NCBI RefSeq assembly: GCF_036971445.1
Contig: NC_091470.1
Span: forward strand, 217,372,001 to 217,436,000
Direction of reading: 5' to 3'
DNA from: Narcine bancroftii
Lineage: Eukaryota
DNA: 64,000 nt
Part shown: piece by piece, positions 22,960-36,429 of the stretch
How positions within the stretch are numbered: position 1 is the first letter of the stretch
How the letters are laid out: each line of letters opens with the position of its first letter
Program-made: the position numbers and the translations under genes
Notes under the pieces: generated by a model
The model's database searches: none
What the model was told of the DNA's origin: nothing
What the model saw: the letters and a program-made list of their open reading frames with translations, nothing else

Positions 22960-24500
22960 AAATTAGCGATCGACAGCTGAGGCAGGTGTTGCGCACCATC
23001 ACATCCTAGAAATCAAAACAAGGTAGTGTCATTAACAACAATTCCTCCCTTCTTGACAAAGCTCCATGGTTTCTGTGCACCATTTGAAAAGGGGAAATGA
23101 TGATGCACTCTCGTGAGTCTTCGCAGTCCCTGCCAACTCTACTCCCAGTTTCAGAAGCTTATGTGAAAAGAACCCTTTGGAATACGAATCCTCAGAATGC
23201 ATCCAGCCCAGTCGGTGCACCTGGCCAGATCCTTAAAACCTGGAGGAACCAACTGGTTGGAGTTTGTGCGGACATTTGGAACCTTTTGCTGATCTGGTCT
23301 GAGGTCACCACCTGCTTCAAAAGGACATCCATTATATTTGTCCATTGACTATTGGCTGGTGGAACTGATATCGACTGTGATTCAGTGCTTTGGTTATGGA
23401 GCCAATGAACTCCTGTCTCAGGAAGGATCTGGACCCACTTCAGGTCAACCGTACAGGCCAATTGCAGATGCCATCTAGCTGGCCCTCCACTTTGCATTTG
23501 ATCACCTAGACCACGTGATCACTTACGTCAGGCTGTTGTCCATTGGCTACAGCTCAGCATTCAACACCATCATATCAGTAAAATGAATAATCATACTCGA
23601 GGATTTGGGACTCTGTTCGTCCCTCTACCTTGCTCATGAGCAGATCGCAAACAGTGCGCATCGACAATATCATCTCCTCCTTGCTGACCACCAAAGCAGG
23701 GGCATCCCAAGACTGCATGGCTCATGACTGTATTGCCAAGTTCATATCTCATGCAATTAATACATTTGCTGATGACACCACCGTTGTTGGTGAATTAACT
23801 GGTACCAATGAGTCACATAACAGGATGGAGATCAAGAATCTGACTTGGTACTGGCAGAACAACAGTCTGGCTCTCAGCATTATCAAGACAAAGGACCTTG
23901 TGGTGTAGTTTAAGAAGGGTAAACTAATGGGACTAAGGTGGAGAGGGGTAGTACCAAGTTCCTGGGAGCCCACATTATCCAGGACCTAGCACATCAAGGC
24001 AAACATGAAGGAGGTACTCCAAATTTTTTTCTTCCAAAGGACTCTAAGGAGATTCGGTGTTCCGTGAAAGGTATGGCACATGGTTGCCATGCCACAGCCT
24101 GGGTTGGCCATGCGAATACCCAGGAATGGAGAAGGGTGCACAAATTAGCAAACCTAACTGAGTCCATCAAGGGCTCCCACCTCCCATTCCATTGAAGACC
24201 TCAAGAAGGCAGGAAACATTATAAAGGATATCCATCACCCTGGATACATCTTCTACCTTTATGAACAAAGTACAGAAGTCTGAAGACAGCATCTCTAGGC
24301 TCAAGATCAGTGTTGATCCAGTAATTATCAGGCACTTTAACCTCCTCTTACAACCCTATCCATAAACTGCTGGTTTATCTAGCTACCCTTTCTATTTATT
24401 ATTTCTTTTGTACTGGGGTACTTTATGTATACTATCATGGCTGGTGGATCTTGTGGATTGTTTGGCTGTAGCAGGTAAGCGTTTTGGGCATGTGTGCATC
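22960..24500 (+). mobile_element. Old Rex1/Babar-type LINE fragment
   Basis: Peptides NQLVGVCADIWNL..TCFKRTSII and HDCIAK..INTFADDTTVVG..KTKDLVV. Confidence 0.75.
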
Positions 24501-24687
24501 TACTTGTGTCCATGCCTCATTATCATTCAGTTAGTTAATCAATTCTCAATCCATGCTAATACATTAACCTCCCCCCCCCCCCCCCCCCCCACCAAATCCA
24601 TGCATTCATACCTTACGCAGAGGTCTTTTATGTGGCATCCAATATCATACTTAATGGAAATTTCAGTATCTCTCCAAAGGAATACAG

Positions 24688-26990
24688 TAAGACATAGGAC
24701 ATAGGAGAAATAGTCTATTCAGCTCATCAAGTCTGCCCCACCATTTAACTATATGAACTGATGCATTTTCCCACTTGCCTCCACTGCCTGGCCTTCTCCC
24801 CATAACTTTTGATCTTCTGGCTAATCAACAATTTATCAATCTCTGCCTTAAATACCCCCAATGATTTGGCCTCCACAACCACCTGAGGCCACAAATTCCA
24901 CAGATTTACCACCCTCTGGCTTAAGAAATTCCTCCACATCTCTGTTCTAAGTGAATGGCCAGTAAAATAGTTCAACATGACCTGAATCATGTTGCAACTT
25001 CCTGGTGGAACAATTTCTATCAAGATGTCTCACTGTTTCTTCCTTATTAATTGCTTCAAGCATTTTCCCAACTATTTTCTTTGGCTTTGGCTTCACGGAC
25101 GAAGATTTATGGAGGGGGTAAATGTCCATGTCAGCTGCAGGCTCGTTTGTGGCTGACAAGTCCGATGCGGGACAGGCAGACATGGTTGCAGCGGTTGCAG
25201 GGGATAATTGGTTGGTTGGGGTTGGGTGTTGGGTTTTTCCTCCTTTGCCTTTTGTCAGTGAGGTGGGCTCTGTGGTCTTCTTCAAAGGAGGTTGCTGCCC
25301 GCCGAACTGTGAGGCGCCAAGATGCACGGTTTGAGGCGATATCAGCCCACTGGCGGTGGTCAATGTGGCAGGCACCAAGAGATTTCTTTAGGCAGTCCTT
25401 GTACCTTTTCTTTGGTGCACCTCTGTCACGGTGGCCAGTGGAGAGCTCGCCATATAACACGATCTTGGGAAGGCGATGGTCCTCCATTCTGGAGACGTGA
25501 CCCACCCAGCGCAGCTGGATCTTCAGCAGCGTGGACTCGATGCTGTCGACCTCTGCCATCTCGAGTACTTCGACGTTAGGGATGAAAGCGCTCCAATGAA
25601 TGTTGAGGATGGAGCGGAGACAACGCTGGTGGAAGCGTTCTAGGAGCCGTAGGTGATGCCGGTAGAGGACCCATGATTCGGAGCCGAACAGGAGTGTGGG
25701 TATGACAACGGCTCTGTATACGCTTATCTTTGTGAGGTTTTTCAGTTGGTTGTTTTTCCAGACTCTTTTGTGTAGTCTTCCAAAGGCACTATTTGCCTTG
25801 GCGAGTCTGTTGTCTATCTCGTTGTCGATCCTTGCATCTGATGAAATGGTGCAGCCGAGATAGGTAAACTGGTTGACCGTTTTGAGTTTTGTGTGCCCGA
25901 TGGAGATGTGAGGGGGCTGGTAGTCATGGTGGGGAGCTGTCTGATGGAGGACCTCAGTTTTCTTCAGGCTGACTTCCAGGCCAAATATTTTGGCAGTTTC
26001 CGCAAAACAGGACGTCAAGCGCTGAAGAGCTGGCTCTGAATAGGCAACTAAAGCGGCATCGTCTGCAAAGAGTAGTTCACGGACAAGTTTCTCTTGTGTC
26101 TTGGTGTGAGCTTGCAGGCGCCTCTTTCCCAACTATATTCATTAAGCTAATGGTCTTATAGTTACCAGTCTTTTGCCTGCATCCTTTTTCAAACAGCAGT
26201 GTTAGATTTGTTGCCTTAGTGCCCAGTGGCAGCTGGTCTGAGTGCAGAGAATGTTGGTAAATGGACACAAATGCATCTGCTGAAACTTCTGGCATTTCTT
26301 TCAGTGCCATGGGATGCATTTCATGTGGTTCTGGGGACTGTTTTGTTCAGCCAGTGCTAACTCTTTCGTGATGGTGATTTTATTGACATCCTCACCGCCC
26401 ATCACCTTCTTAGCATCAATCTTGGCCATGTTATCCATGTCTTTCACTGCAAAGACTGACAGCAAATTGTTGTTCAGAGACTTGAACATTCCATATTACC
26501 CATTATTGATTTTCCACTCTCATCTTCTCATGGACCTATATTTCATTTAACTGCTGTATATACATAAAAACATTTTATATTTGTATGTTTATTCTGTGGT
26601 TGTTTACTTTTATACCATATATTTTTAATTAATTTTTTTATGTTTTTAGTTTTTGTAATCTTCCAGGTTCCTCCAACACCTGGTCTCTTTGTCTGCATGA
26701 ACTTTGACTTTCATGCCTTCCTGTATTTCCTTGGTTATGCATGTCTGGCCATCCCTCTCCTCGCTGTCCACGTTTTTAACTGGAATATATGTTTGTTGTG
26801 CACTGTGAAAAATCTTCTTGGAAATCCTCCACCATACTCCTAGTACAGAGTAGCTTTCTCCTCCCTCATCCCATTTCACATTTCCTTTATTCAGGCATAG
26901 GACATTGGTTTGGAACCTGTGTGATCACTATTTCTGAAAGTGTCCCCAAACATGAGATCATTAATTTTATTTTATCATTGTACGGAATGC
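24688..26990 (-). mobile_element. CR1 fragment split by an RTE insertion
   Basis: LFEKGCRQKTGNYKTISLMNIVGK continues as MLEAINKEETVRHLD across the RTE; CR1 tail taagacataggacatagg. Confidence 0.8.
25076..26124 (-). mobile_element. RTE-clade (BovB/Expander-like) LINE, 5'-truncated, open reading frame retained
   Basis: RELLFADDAAL (RT), NQFTYLG, QLRWVGHV.RM, C-terminal C-x2-C..H zinc-finger-like motif. 12-bp TSD tttcccaactat at 25064-25075 and 26125-26136. Confidence 0.93.
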
Positions 26991-27049
26991 TCCTGTGAAG
27001 GCTTTGTACCATGATGTTCCATTCTCTAAATTCTTCCGTCTCATCCTCA

Positions 27050-29080
27050 CCCAGGATGAGGACTTCCATGCTAGATCATCAGAGATGTCCTCCTTCTTCA
27101 AACAATGTGGCTTTCCATGCTAGGTCATCAGAGATGTTCTCCTTCTTCAAACAACGTGGCTTTCCCTCTACCACCATCAAATCAACACTCACCTGCATAT
27201 CCTACATTACCCGCACATCAGCCCTGGCCCCCTCCACCCCACACGCAACAAGGTCCTTGTCTTCTCCTACCACTCCACCAGCCTCAGCATCCAACCATCC
27301 TCCTCTGCCATTTCTGCCCCCACTACGTGATCCCACCATTCCCCTCTCCGCCTTCCGCAGGGACCATTCCTCCGTGACTTCCTTGTCCTCTCCCCCAACA
27401 TCCCCTTGGGACCTACCTCTGTGACCACAGGAGATGCTCCAGTTGCGGCCACATCTCCTCCCTCGCCACCATTAGACCTCAAACAGTCCTCCCAAGTGAA
27501 GCAACATTTCACTTGTGAATCTGCAGGGATCATCTATTGCATCCAGGGCTCCTGCTGTGATCTCCTCTACATCAGAGAGTCTGGATGCAGACTGGGAGAT
27601 TGCTTTGTTGAGGACCTAGGCTCTGTCTGCCACAATAGCGAGGGTCTCCCAGTGCCCTCCCATTCCAATTCACCGTCCCATTCCCTTGCCAACATGTCTA
27701 TCCATGGACGTGCACTGAGACCACCCATAAATTGGAGGAACAGCACCTCAACTTCCAACTGGGCATCCTCCAACTAGATGGCATTAATGTCGTATTTGGC
27801 TTTTGTTAACCTCCCCCCTCCCCCCCTCCCCAGCACTTCTTACCCTGTCATCTCTCCTTTCCCTGTCTTCTTTCGTACAGACATGATAAAATCTACCTAG
27901 TCCATTATCATATCCAATTATCACTGTTGGTCTGGATTCCTCCCCCATTGTTAGAATTCTAAGACTTTCTGTTATATCCTGCCTTTTCTGATCTTGAAGA
28001 AGAGCTCAGGCCTGAAACGTCGGCAATATATCTGTCTCCTTTTCTTCTTTGGCTTGGCTTCGCGGACGAAGATTTATGGAGGGGGTAAAAAAGTCCACGT
28101 CAGCTGCAGGCTCGTTTGTGGCTGACCAGTCCGATGCGGGACAGGCAGACACGATTGCAGCGGTTGCAAGGGAAAATTGGTTGGTTGGGGTTGGGTGTTG
28201 GGTTTTTCCTCCTTTGCCTTTTGTCAGTGAGGTGGGCTCTGCGGTCTTCTTCAAAGGAGGCTGCTGCCCGCCAAACTGTGAGGCGCCAAGATGCACGGTT
28301 TGAGGCGTTATCAGCCCACTGGCGGTGGTCAATGTGGCAGGCACCAAGAGATTTCTTTAGGCAGTCCTTGTACCTTTTCTTTGGTGCACCTCTGTCACGG
28401 TGGCCAGTGGAGAGCTCGCCATATAATACGATCTTGGGAAGGCGATGGTCCTCCATTCTGGAGACGTGACCCATCCAGCGCAGCTGGATCTTCAGCAGCG
28501 TGGACTCGATGCTGTCGACCTCTGCCATCTCGAGTACCTCGACATTAGGGGTGTGAGCGCTCCAATGGATGTTGAGGATGGAGCGGAGACAACGCTGGTG
28601 GAAGCGTTCTAGGAGCCGTAGGTGGTGCCGGTAGAGGACCCATAATTCGGAGCCGAACAGGAGTGTGGGTATGACAACGGCTCTGTATACGCTTATCTTT
28701 GTGAGGTTTTTCAGTTGGTTGTTTTTCCAGACTCTTTTGTGTAGTCCATTCAGAGCCAGCTCTTCAGCGCTTGACGTCCTGCTTTGCGGAAACTGCCAAA
28801 ATGTTTGGCCTGGAAGTCAGCCTGAAGAAAACTGAGGTCCTCCATCAGCCAGCTCCCCACCATGACTACCAGCCCCCCCACATCTCCATCGGGCACACAA
28901 AACTCAAAACGGTCAACCAGTTTACCTATCTCGGCTGCACCATTTCATCAGATGCAAGGATCGACAAATGAGATAGACAACAGACTGTCTCCTTTAGGTG
29001 CTGAAAAAATCAGATGAGTTCCTCCAGCATTTTGGCGTGTTTACTACAATTACAGTGTCTGCAGCCTATTGTGTTTCTCT
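27050..29080 (+). mobile_element. Penelope-like element 3' part (GIY-YIG endonuclease remnant plus terminal repeat), interrupted by RTE
   Basis: FTCESAGIIYCIQGSCCDLLYIRESGCRLGDCFVEDL is a degenerate GIY-YIG. Terminal ttgaagaagagctcaggcctgaaacgtc...gagttcctccagca. Confidence 0.8.
28043..28984 (-). mobile_element. RTE LINE copy with 5' inversion
   Basis: 28043-28746 on the minus strand and 28747-28984 on the plus strand. 11-bp TSD ctgtctccttt at 28032-28042 and 28985-28995. Confidence 0.92.
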
Positions 29081-30384
29081 CCTCCTCAACGTTCACTGCC
29101 TTGACAAACTTTATATGACCAATCAATACAGAGTTAAAAATCCCCCATAACAGTTGTCTTTCCATTCTTACATGAATCAGTTATTTCTTTGTTCATTGCC
29201 TGGGTCACTGTAATGTTGTTGGCCTGTAGGCTATTCCCACCTGTGACTTTTTCCCTTTACTTTTTCCTCATCTCCACCAAGATCAATTTGTACCTTGGAA
29301 TCAATATTATCTCTTGCTATTACCCTGATCTCATCCTTAATTGAGTACTACCCCACCTCCCTTACCTGCTGCTTATCCTTCCAAATCACCAGATACCCCT
29401 GGATGTTAAATTCACTACCCTGCAGCCACATTTGTGGAATGGCCATTAAATCATACCTCTTTGCACAAATTAGTGCTACATGCTTAATCTTTATAACCTC
29501 ACTTCAGTTTTATTAACTTTCCTCGTCTGATACCCCAAATCACAATACTCCGCTGGAGCCCAAATCGTGATTCATACTGGTTTCGGTGGAATCTCCTTGT
29601 GAAGTACTGCACCCGAGATATGCCAAGCATTTGTTGTAAGTGGCTGTGAATATGGCAGGTTTGGTTGAAATCAATTTCAGGAATAAAAGGGCAGCCATTT
29701 AAACAAAGACACAGAAAAATTTATTTAGCCAGAGGGTCGTGAGTCTATGGAACTGGTTGCCACACGCAGCTGTGAAAGTGAGGCCATTGGGTGTGTTTAA
29801 GGCAGAGATTGACAGGTATTTAATTAGTCAGGGTTATCAGGCGAAAGCCAGGGAGTGGTGTGAGTGGGAGGATAGATCAGCTCATGATTCGAATGGAAGA
29901 GCAGACTCAATGGGCCTACTTCTGCTCTTGTAATCTTGTATTTTCTGTGAGATTTTAAACTTGTGGTTCGAAACTTGAATTTCTGGTAGCCAACCATCTT
30001 AACTACCCAACCCTTCCTATACAAATATAGAGCATAGAACACTACACCACAGTGCAGGCCCCTCTGCCCTTAATATTGTGCCAACCCATATATTCCTTAA
30101 AAAAATGACTAAACCCTTCCTACCCCGTAACCTTCTATGTTTCCTTCATGTATGTGCCCGTCTAAGAGTCTCTTAAATGCCCCTAATGTTTCAGCCTCCA
30201 CCACCATCCCTGGCAAGGCATTCCAGGCACCCACAACTCTCTGTGTTTATATATTTTTAAAAATCCTGGTCTCCCCTAAACTTCCCTCCCTTCACTTTGT
30301 ACACATGTCCTCTGGCCTGGGAAACCAGTGCTGGCTGTCAACCCTATCTATGTCTCTCATAATCTTGGAATTATGTCCTTAGCC

Positions 30385-30830
30385 CTCATCCATTGTCAGG
30401 GTGAGGCCAAATGTAAATTTGATGAACATCAAATCATATTCCTCAGTAGAGAGACTTAAACCTAATGGCATGAGCATTGATCTTTCCAACGTTAGATAAC
30501 CTCCACCCTTCTGGTTCCACAGTTCATTTCTTCTTTCCCTACTCCTATACTTCTATCCCTCTCTCTCCAACTTTTTTTTATTTCTCTTCTTCCTAGAGGC
30601 CTCTCCTCTCCTAGTCTCTCCACCTCTCCCACCTTCTGCCCAATACTCCATCGTCTCTTGGTTTCTTTTCCCCTCCACAGAGGTGACATCAGCTCCTTTT
30701 ACCTTGATGAAGGGTGCAGATCCAAAATGCTGACTGACCAGTTTTCCCCATGGTTCCTGCCTGACCCACTGAGTTCCTTCACTGATTCACTGTTTACTCA
30801 AGATTCCAGTGTCAGCAGCTTTGGCATTTC
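30385..30830 (+). mobile_element. Penelope-like 3' fragment
   Basis: HCQGEAKCKFDEHQIIF..PNGMSIDLSN (C-terminus after GIY-YIG), a pyrimidine-rich UTR and cttgatgaagggt...ctgagttcc. Confidence 0.65.
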
Positions 30831-30948
30831 CCTTGGATTCTGTTTGGGAAAGCTCCAACCATTTTGCTGTGTGCCCCTGATTATAGGTTGTTAGTGTCAA
30901 TTCAAGAACTTAACCATCTTCATCCATGGACAGACAAATGGCAAGGTA

Positions 30949-32156
30949 CAGTAAAACCCCTGGTATCCGACACCTCTGGGGATAGGTAGATGACAGATAG
31001 GTATTTTTCAGTTGCTTGAGACTTACTGTTACAATGCCTTCTTCTTCTTTCTTTGGCTTGGCTTCGCGGACGAAGATTTATGGAGGGATAATGTCCACGT
31101 CAGCTGCAGGCTCGTTTGTGGCTGACAAGTCCGATGCGGGACAGGCAGACATGGTTGCAGCGTTTGCAAGGGAAAATTGGTGGGTTGGGGTTGGGTGTTG
31201 GGTTTTTCCTCCTTTGTCTTTTGTCAGTGAGGTGGGCTCTGCGGTCTTCTTCAAAGGAGGTTGCTGCCCGCCGAACTGTGAGGCGCCAAGATGCACGGTT
31301 TGAGGCGATATCAGCCCACTGGCGGTGGTCAATGTGGCAGGCACCAAGAGATTTCTTTAGGCAGTCCTTGTACCTCTTCTTTGGTGCACCTCTGTTTCGG
31401 TGCCTAATACATCTGCAGTAAGAATAAACTGTTTAAAAGTCAAAAGCCAAAAATACTATATTGTACAAACTTGTATACTGTTATCTTCAGTCACATTCTT
31501 TGAAAACATTTAACCATCGCTGCATCTGCAGGTTCCTCCCCCTCCATTGAGCCCCCCCGAAAGACGAACAGTAACATTGTAGAAAACTAACCTCCCACTC
31601 CTCCAAGTATATGGATAAAGTCTCTGGGGCAACTCTTACTCAGCAGGGATAAGAAGACACTTTAACCCTTGGGATTCCATGTCCTGGTTTTCAGGGGCTA
31701 CCAACAAGTGCATATACTGCATGTCCCCATTTTCCTGGACTGATTCCAGTTGGTTTGTGCTAAGTGCTCGTACTATAGTTTACTCATGAACCCAGTCTGG
31801 AGATTATTTTATGAAAGGTTAAAAATAGCAGAGTTAAGCGAGTCACCCCAACGGTGAACGGCAACAACCAGCTCTTCATCCTGAGTGACACCATTGTTGT
31901 TTCGCACATCTTTATTCAAACAGCTGCCGTGAGCAAAGCACCGACCAAGGCACACCATTGGCTAAATATTTGCTCCAATATTCACCAAAGGATTATGTGC
32001 TACTTCAGAGAACATTTACTTTTACAATTTTGAATATACATATTTTAACCTTATTATTTTATTTGTATTTATTTTAATATTTATTTTCTTTGCATATTTT
32101 TGCCAGTTGCTTGAGGCTTCCAGTTGCTTGAATTCTGGATACCAGGGGTCTTGCCC
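30949..32156. mobile_element. Tc1/mariner-pogo (Tigger-like) non-autonomous element, interrupted by RTE
   Basis: TA|CAGTaaaacccctggtatcc at the left end and ggataccaggggtctt at the right end; the right terminus is degenerate. Confidence 0.55.
31040..31400 (-). mobile_element. RTE LINE 3' fragment
   Basis: Near-identical to other RTE copies, with a (GAA)n tail and TSD tgcct at 31035-31039 and 31401-31405. Confidence 0.9.
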
Positions 32157-33649
32157 AATGTCCTGAATTCATGTTGAGAAGGTGGTCATGACCCAGCTTT
32201 TAAGCTGCTTCAGAGATTCTAGTGAAGATACTACTACCAGTCTGTTGGGGAGGGAGTTCTTGGAACAGCAAAATGTTCAGTAGACACAGAGGTTTATTGG
32301 GGGCAAGTGAAGGTTGTGATGGATCCCTGCATCTACTGCCCTTGTCCTTCTTCGCGCTGAATGTCTCAAGATTGCAAAGTGGTGTCAGAATAAATGGGCA
32401 AGGAACTGCTCCACATTTTATCAGTGATGATGTCACTGCAGAGACGGTATGCTGCTGGTGAAGGAAGGAAAGGATGAGTGGTGAGGTTCTTGAGTGTAAT
32501 CTGAGCTGCACTTATCCAGCCAATTAGAGAGTGTTCCACTGACTATTGATTTGTGGCTGTAGGACTTTGCGGCGCCAAAGGGAGAGTTGCTTACTGCTGG
32601 ATACTCAGCACCTGACCTGGTCTTGCAGTCACAGTCTTTGCATGGCTGATCCAAGTGACAGGAACCTATTATGATGTGGGTTGCCTCCTTGAGGCAGTGC
32701 TCACTAAATCTCGTCAAACAATTGTGCAGCAACCTTGTCACCAGACCCATTCAAGACTATAAGACATGGGAGCAAAAATAAGCTATTCAGCCCATTGAGT
32801 CTGCTCCACCATGAGCTGATCCATTTTCTCACTCAGCCCCACTGCCCGGCCTTCTCCCCACAACCTTTGATGACCTGGCTAATCAAGAACTTGTCAGTCT
32901 CTCCCTTTATTCACTCAAAATGTATTGCAGCACAAAAAAAAAGATTTTATTTTATCCACTCCGACTGAATTTTCTGATTGCATTAATAACCAAGTGGGTA
33001 GTTTAGAATCAAACAATTAAAAAAATAATCAACATGCCAACAACAAGCTTGAAGCTTGATTAATTTCTACAAAATAAAACATACCATGGGTGTAAGTATA
33101 AATTGGGCAGGATGGGCTCGTGGGCCGAAATGGCCTGTTACCATGCTGTATGTTTAAATTGTTAAAAAAAAATTTAAAATGTTTAAATTTAAAAAAAATA
33201 TTTTCACATTCTCCAAGAAGTTAAGTGCCTTATGGTTCTTCTTGCTACACTGCACACATCCCCAGTTAAGCAGCTTGCAACTTTAATATTACTTCCACCT
33301 GTATGGTAACGTACAATACTGAAAGGTCACAGAGCAGCAGCTGAGTTTGGTAATTCAATAGTTGTCCTGCATTGGCATTCCATAATAAACGGAAGGTGAA
33401 ATGTGGATGTCTGGATTCGAATCACTGACTCCTGGCCAAATCTGGGACTCCATCACCTGCTGCTGAACAGAAGTCTGGGAAATGCTGTGGAATTCGACAC
33501 CACATTGATTTCAATGTGAATTCAGCCCTGATGATTTGGACAGGGAAAGGAAAGCTGGTTCCAAAATTAATTTGCCTGCTTTTAATTAACTATTATATTT
33601 TCATTTCAAAATTAGATTTTAATCATTTACTAGTTATATTTGAATAGTT

Positions 33650-33960
33650 TTTAGATATCTTTCAATGTCAAATGTCAGAGATGGTTGGAATCTGCTGGAA
33701 TATTGTCTGGCTTTGAAAGAAGTGGTGTTCTGGAGCAGGGCTTCCGGAGTGCACCAGCTGAGGCCCAATCACTACCGAGGTAATGCCACGCTGCTTAAGG
33801 ATGTGGACGTCGGAGAAGATCAGTCCTTCGCATTTGGTCCTGGAGAGGGTGGCATGTGTAGGAGTTGCTGGCAGCTCCGCCTGGTGAAATAAACAACCTG
33901 TCTCATTACCTATGAATGATGTGTGGGTGAGAATCCACTTGGGTGAGAGGCCACGCAGAA
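33650..33960 (-). mobile_element. Ancient RTE-like fragment
   Basis: IFSDVHILKQRGITSVVIGPQLVHSG resembles the RTE motif NVEVLEMA..QLRWVG. Confidence 0.4.
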
Positions 33961-34222
33961 TAATTTTGTATCTGAATGGAAGCGATTTATTGTCCTTTCC
34001 AAAGAGCGGCACTGGCCCATTATCATTGGATTACTAGCTTTGCTTTATAGGCTCACCACAGCATGGGGCTTGAGCTGCAGCTTTCTAACTAGACCTGAGT
34101 GTGCTGGGAACAGAAGTGTCTTGTTTTGGATGAGAGTATATACATCAGAAATGCTTTGAGGTCAGAAGATGAGATGAACCAGGTAATTTAAAGCATATGA
34201 TTCCATGTCTTTCTCATTTCAG

Positions 34223-34407
34223 GGAGCAGTAACTGGTGTCCTTCTTGTGACTCCCAACAACATTATGTTCGATCCTCTCAAGCATGATCCTTTAATTAAA
34301 GAACATGGCTGCGAGGAATACGGCATCATGTGTCCCATGGAGGAGATCATTTCGGCTGCTATGTACAAGGACGTTTTGGACAGTAAAATCAAAGAATCTC
34401 TGCCTCT
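34223..34407 (+). CDS. OXR1: OXR1 internal coding exon, GRAM-like region (185 nt, phase 0-2)
   Basis: Acceptor catttcAG and donor GTaag. Translates GAVTGVLLVTPNNIMFDPLKHDPLIKEHGCEEYGIMCPMEEIISAAMYKDVLDSKIKESLP, in frame with the previous exon. Confidence 0.96.
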
Positions 34408-34639
34408 GTAAGATCCAACATTTGTTCTCTCATAACTGATTTAATGCGGCATTTTCTAGTATATTGGAGTTCACAAGCATGGCGGCTAACTAAAATCCTC
34501 TGTTATATCAGTCAAAAAAAATTAGCTGTTTATGGCACAGATATATTTCATTCTCTGTCACAGCTCGTCCACTTGGTGAAGACCCAACCCCAACTCTTGT
34601 ACCTGACCTGTCAGAACACATTAGGCGCTCACCATGTTA

Positions 34640-34858
34640 GGGCGATACAGTTAGTGTGATAGTCTGTATGACGCTATTACAGTGGCATTGACCCGGGTTC
34701 GAATCCAAGCTTTTTACCTTCTCCGCATGCTCAGGTTTCCTCCCACCCTCCAAAATGTACAGGGTTGTAGGTTGATCTGAGTGTAATTGGGCAGCAGGGG
34801 CTTAAATGGTCAGAATCACCTTCTACTGTGCTATAAATAAAATTAAATTAAAAAAAAC
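34640..34858 (+). mobile_element. V-SINE copy
   Basis: B box gggttcgaatcc, ggtttcctcccaccc and A-rich tail. Confidence 0.7.
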
Positions 34859-36429
34859 TTTTGTATGCTGGCAGTTTCCATCTTTACGTCCATTATTCTA
34901 TATTAGTGAAATAAGAAACCCTTGTTCGGATAATAATTTAATCTTTCCACCAGTTACTCCAAAACTTGTGCTCCCTCTAGTAAGTGAAGTTAGCTTTTCC
35001 TATTACCTTAGTATGTCTCATGATTTTTTACACTTTAATTAAATCTTCTTACTATCTTCTCTGTTCCAAAGAAAACAATTCTGGTCAGAGAGTCTAAAAT
35101 CTATCCAATAATTTTCCATTCCATTTATATAAAGTTCTTCCAGATCTTCGATCTGTCTTGTAATATAATGGCTTATCTTGTGTTTTACACTGTTCTTAGC
35201 CAATTAAGGAAAATAATCAGGTTGCCTTGTTAATCACCACAGTTGTCTCCTCAGAAGTCTCTGGGCATGCCCTCCAAATGTCCATTGAAATAGTGCAGGA
35301 CAGGCCCTTAGTCCCAACTTTGCTGTGCTGACTTAAAGGTCTGGGGTAGTTCTAGCCATCAGCATTTGGCCAATATCCCTCCAGTGGTCTTAAGTGTCAT
35401 AATTTTGCCCACTTCTGTCGTTTCTTCTGGCAGCTCATTCCAGAAATAGACTGCCCTTTGAATGAAAAAGTTGCCCCCCCAGGGGCACTACCCAATACAA
35501 TTAAACCAGTACCCTCTAGTTCAAGAATCGGGAGGTAAAAAAACTGTGAACATTCCCTTTACCCATGCCCCTCATAATTTTATAAATTTTCTTTTGGACT
35601 TTTATGAGGACCAGTCAATTCTTTGTCCATTACTTTAAAACTAATAGAATTACGATCACTGATTCCAAAAGGTTCCCCCACTAACACATCAGTCATTTTC
35701 CCTGTTTTATTTCCCAATAAGATATCCTATGTTGCTCCCTCTCTGATCAGGACTTCTTAAATTGCTTGAGAAAACATTCCTGGAAACACTTCACATTTGT
35801 CATCTTGTTAATGAATGAAGGTATACTTCACCCCTGCATCTCCAACCTGTTTTCATTCTAGGAAAACTTGTTTGTCTTTGCTTATTGTATTTTATGTTCA
35901 CCTGTCCATTTTCCATACAAGGAGATCTACTATGTTTAAATTTTCCCCCCTTCTCCTCAATTGTACTGTTTCTTTATACTGACTCATCCAACCTCTTTCT
36001 GTCCTTTGAGGCCTCTGATCATTGTCTTCAAAGTTGGCTGACTTTGTGTTAAATGTTTTATGCCCAATTTTCTCATCTTGATCAATGATGTGATTCGACC
36101 TTGTTCACAGGGAAAAAAAAATCCTTTATTCCTGCACTTTGTTTCCATATCAACTAAAACTAAAAGAAACTGATGTTTCACCAGTATCAAGAATTCTGCA
36201 CGTGCAGTGATCTCTTCCAAGGCATTTTATCAATATCTTTTGAAAATCCAAGCCAACCAGATTCATTACACATCTATAATCTGTCTAGCTTCAAAATTTG
36301 ATTTCCCTTTTATGACCTCAGCTTGATTTTGATGAAACATACAATAGTTTCAAAATGCCTAGTTATTAATAATAGATCATTGCAGCTTCCCCATGACTAA
36401 TTTAAAACACATTGTGCTTGAAATTCTGA

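Noticed and set aside
25131-26132. 333-aa ORF as a functional reverse transcriptase
   Set aside because: It is 5'-truncated within RT, and its non-ATG start codon lies in the flanking TSD.
27064-27165. 49-bp tandem duplication in the Penelope-like element
   Set aside because: It is an ordinary microhomology (ttcc) duplication in a dead element.
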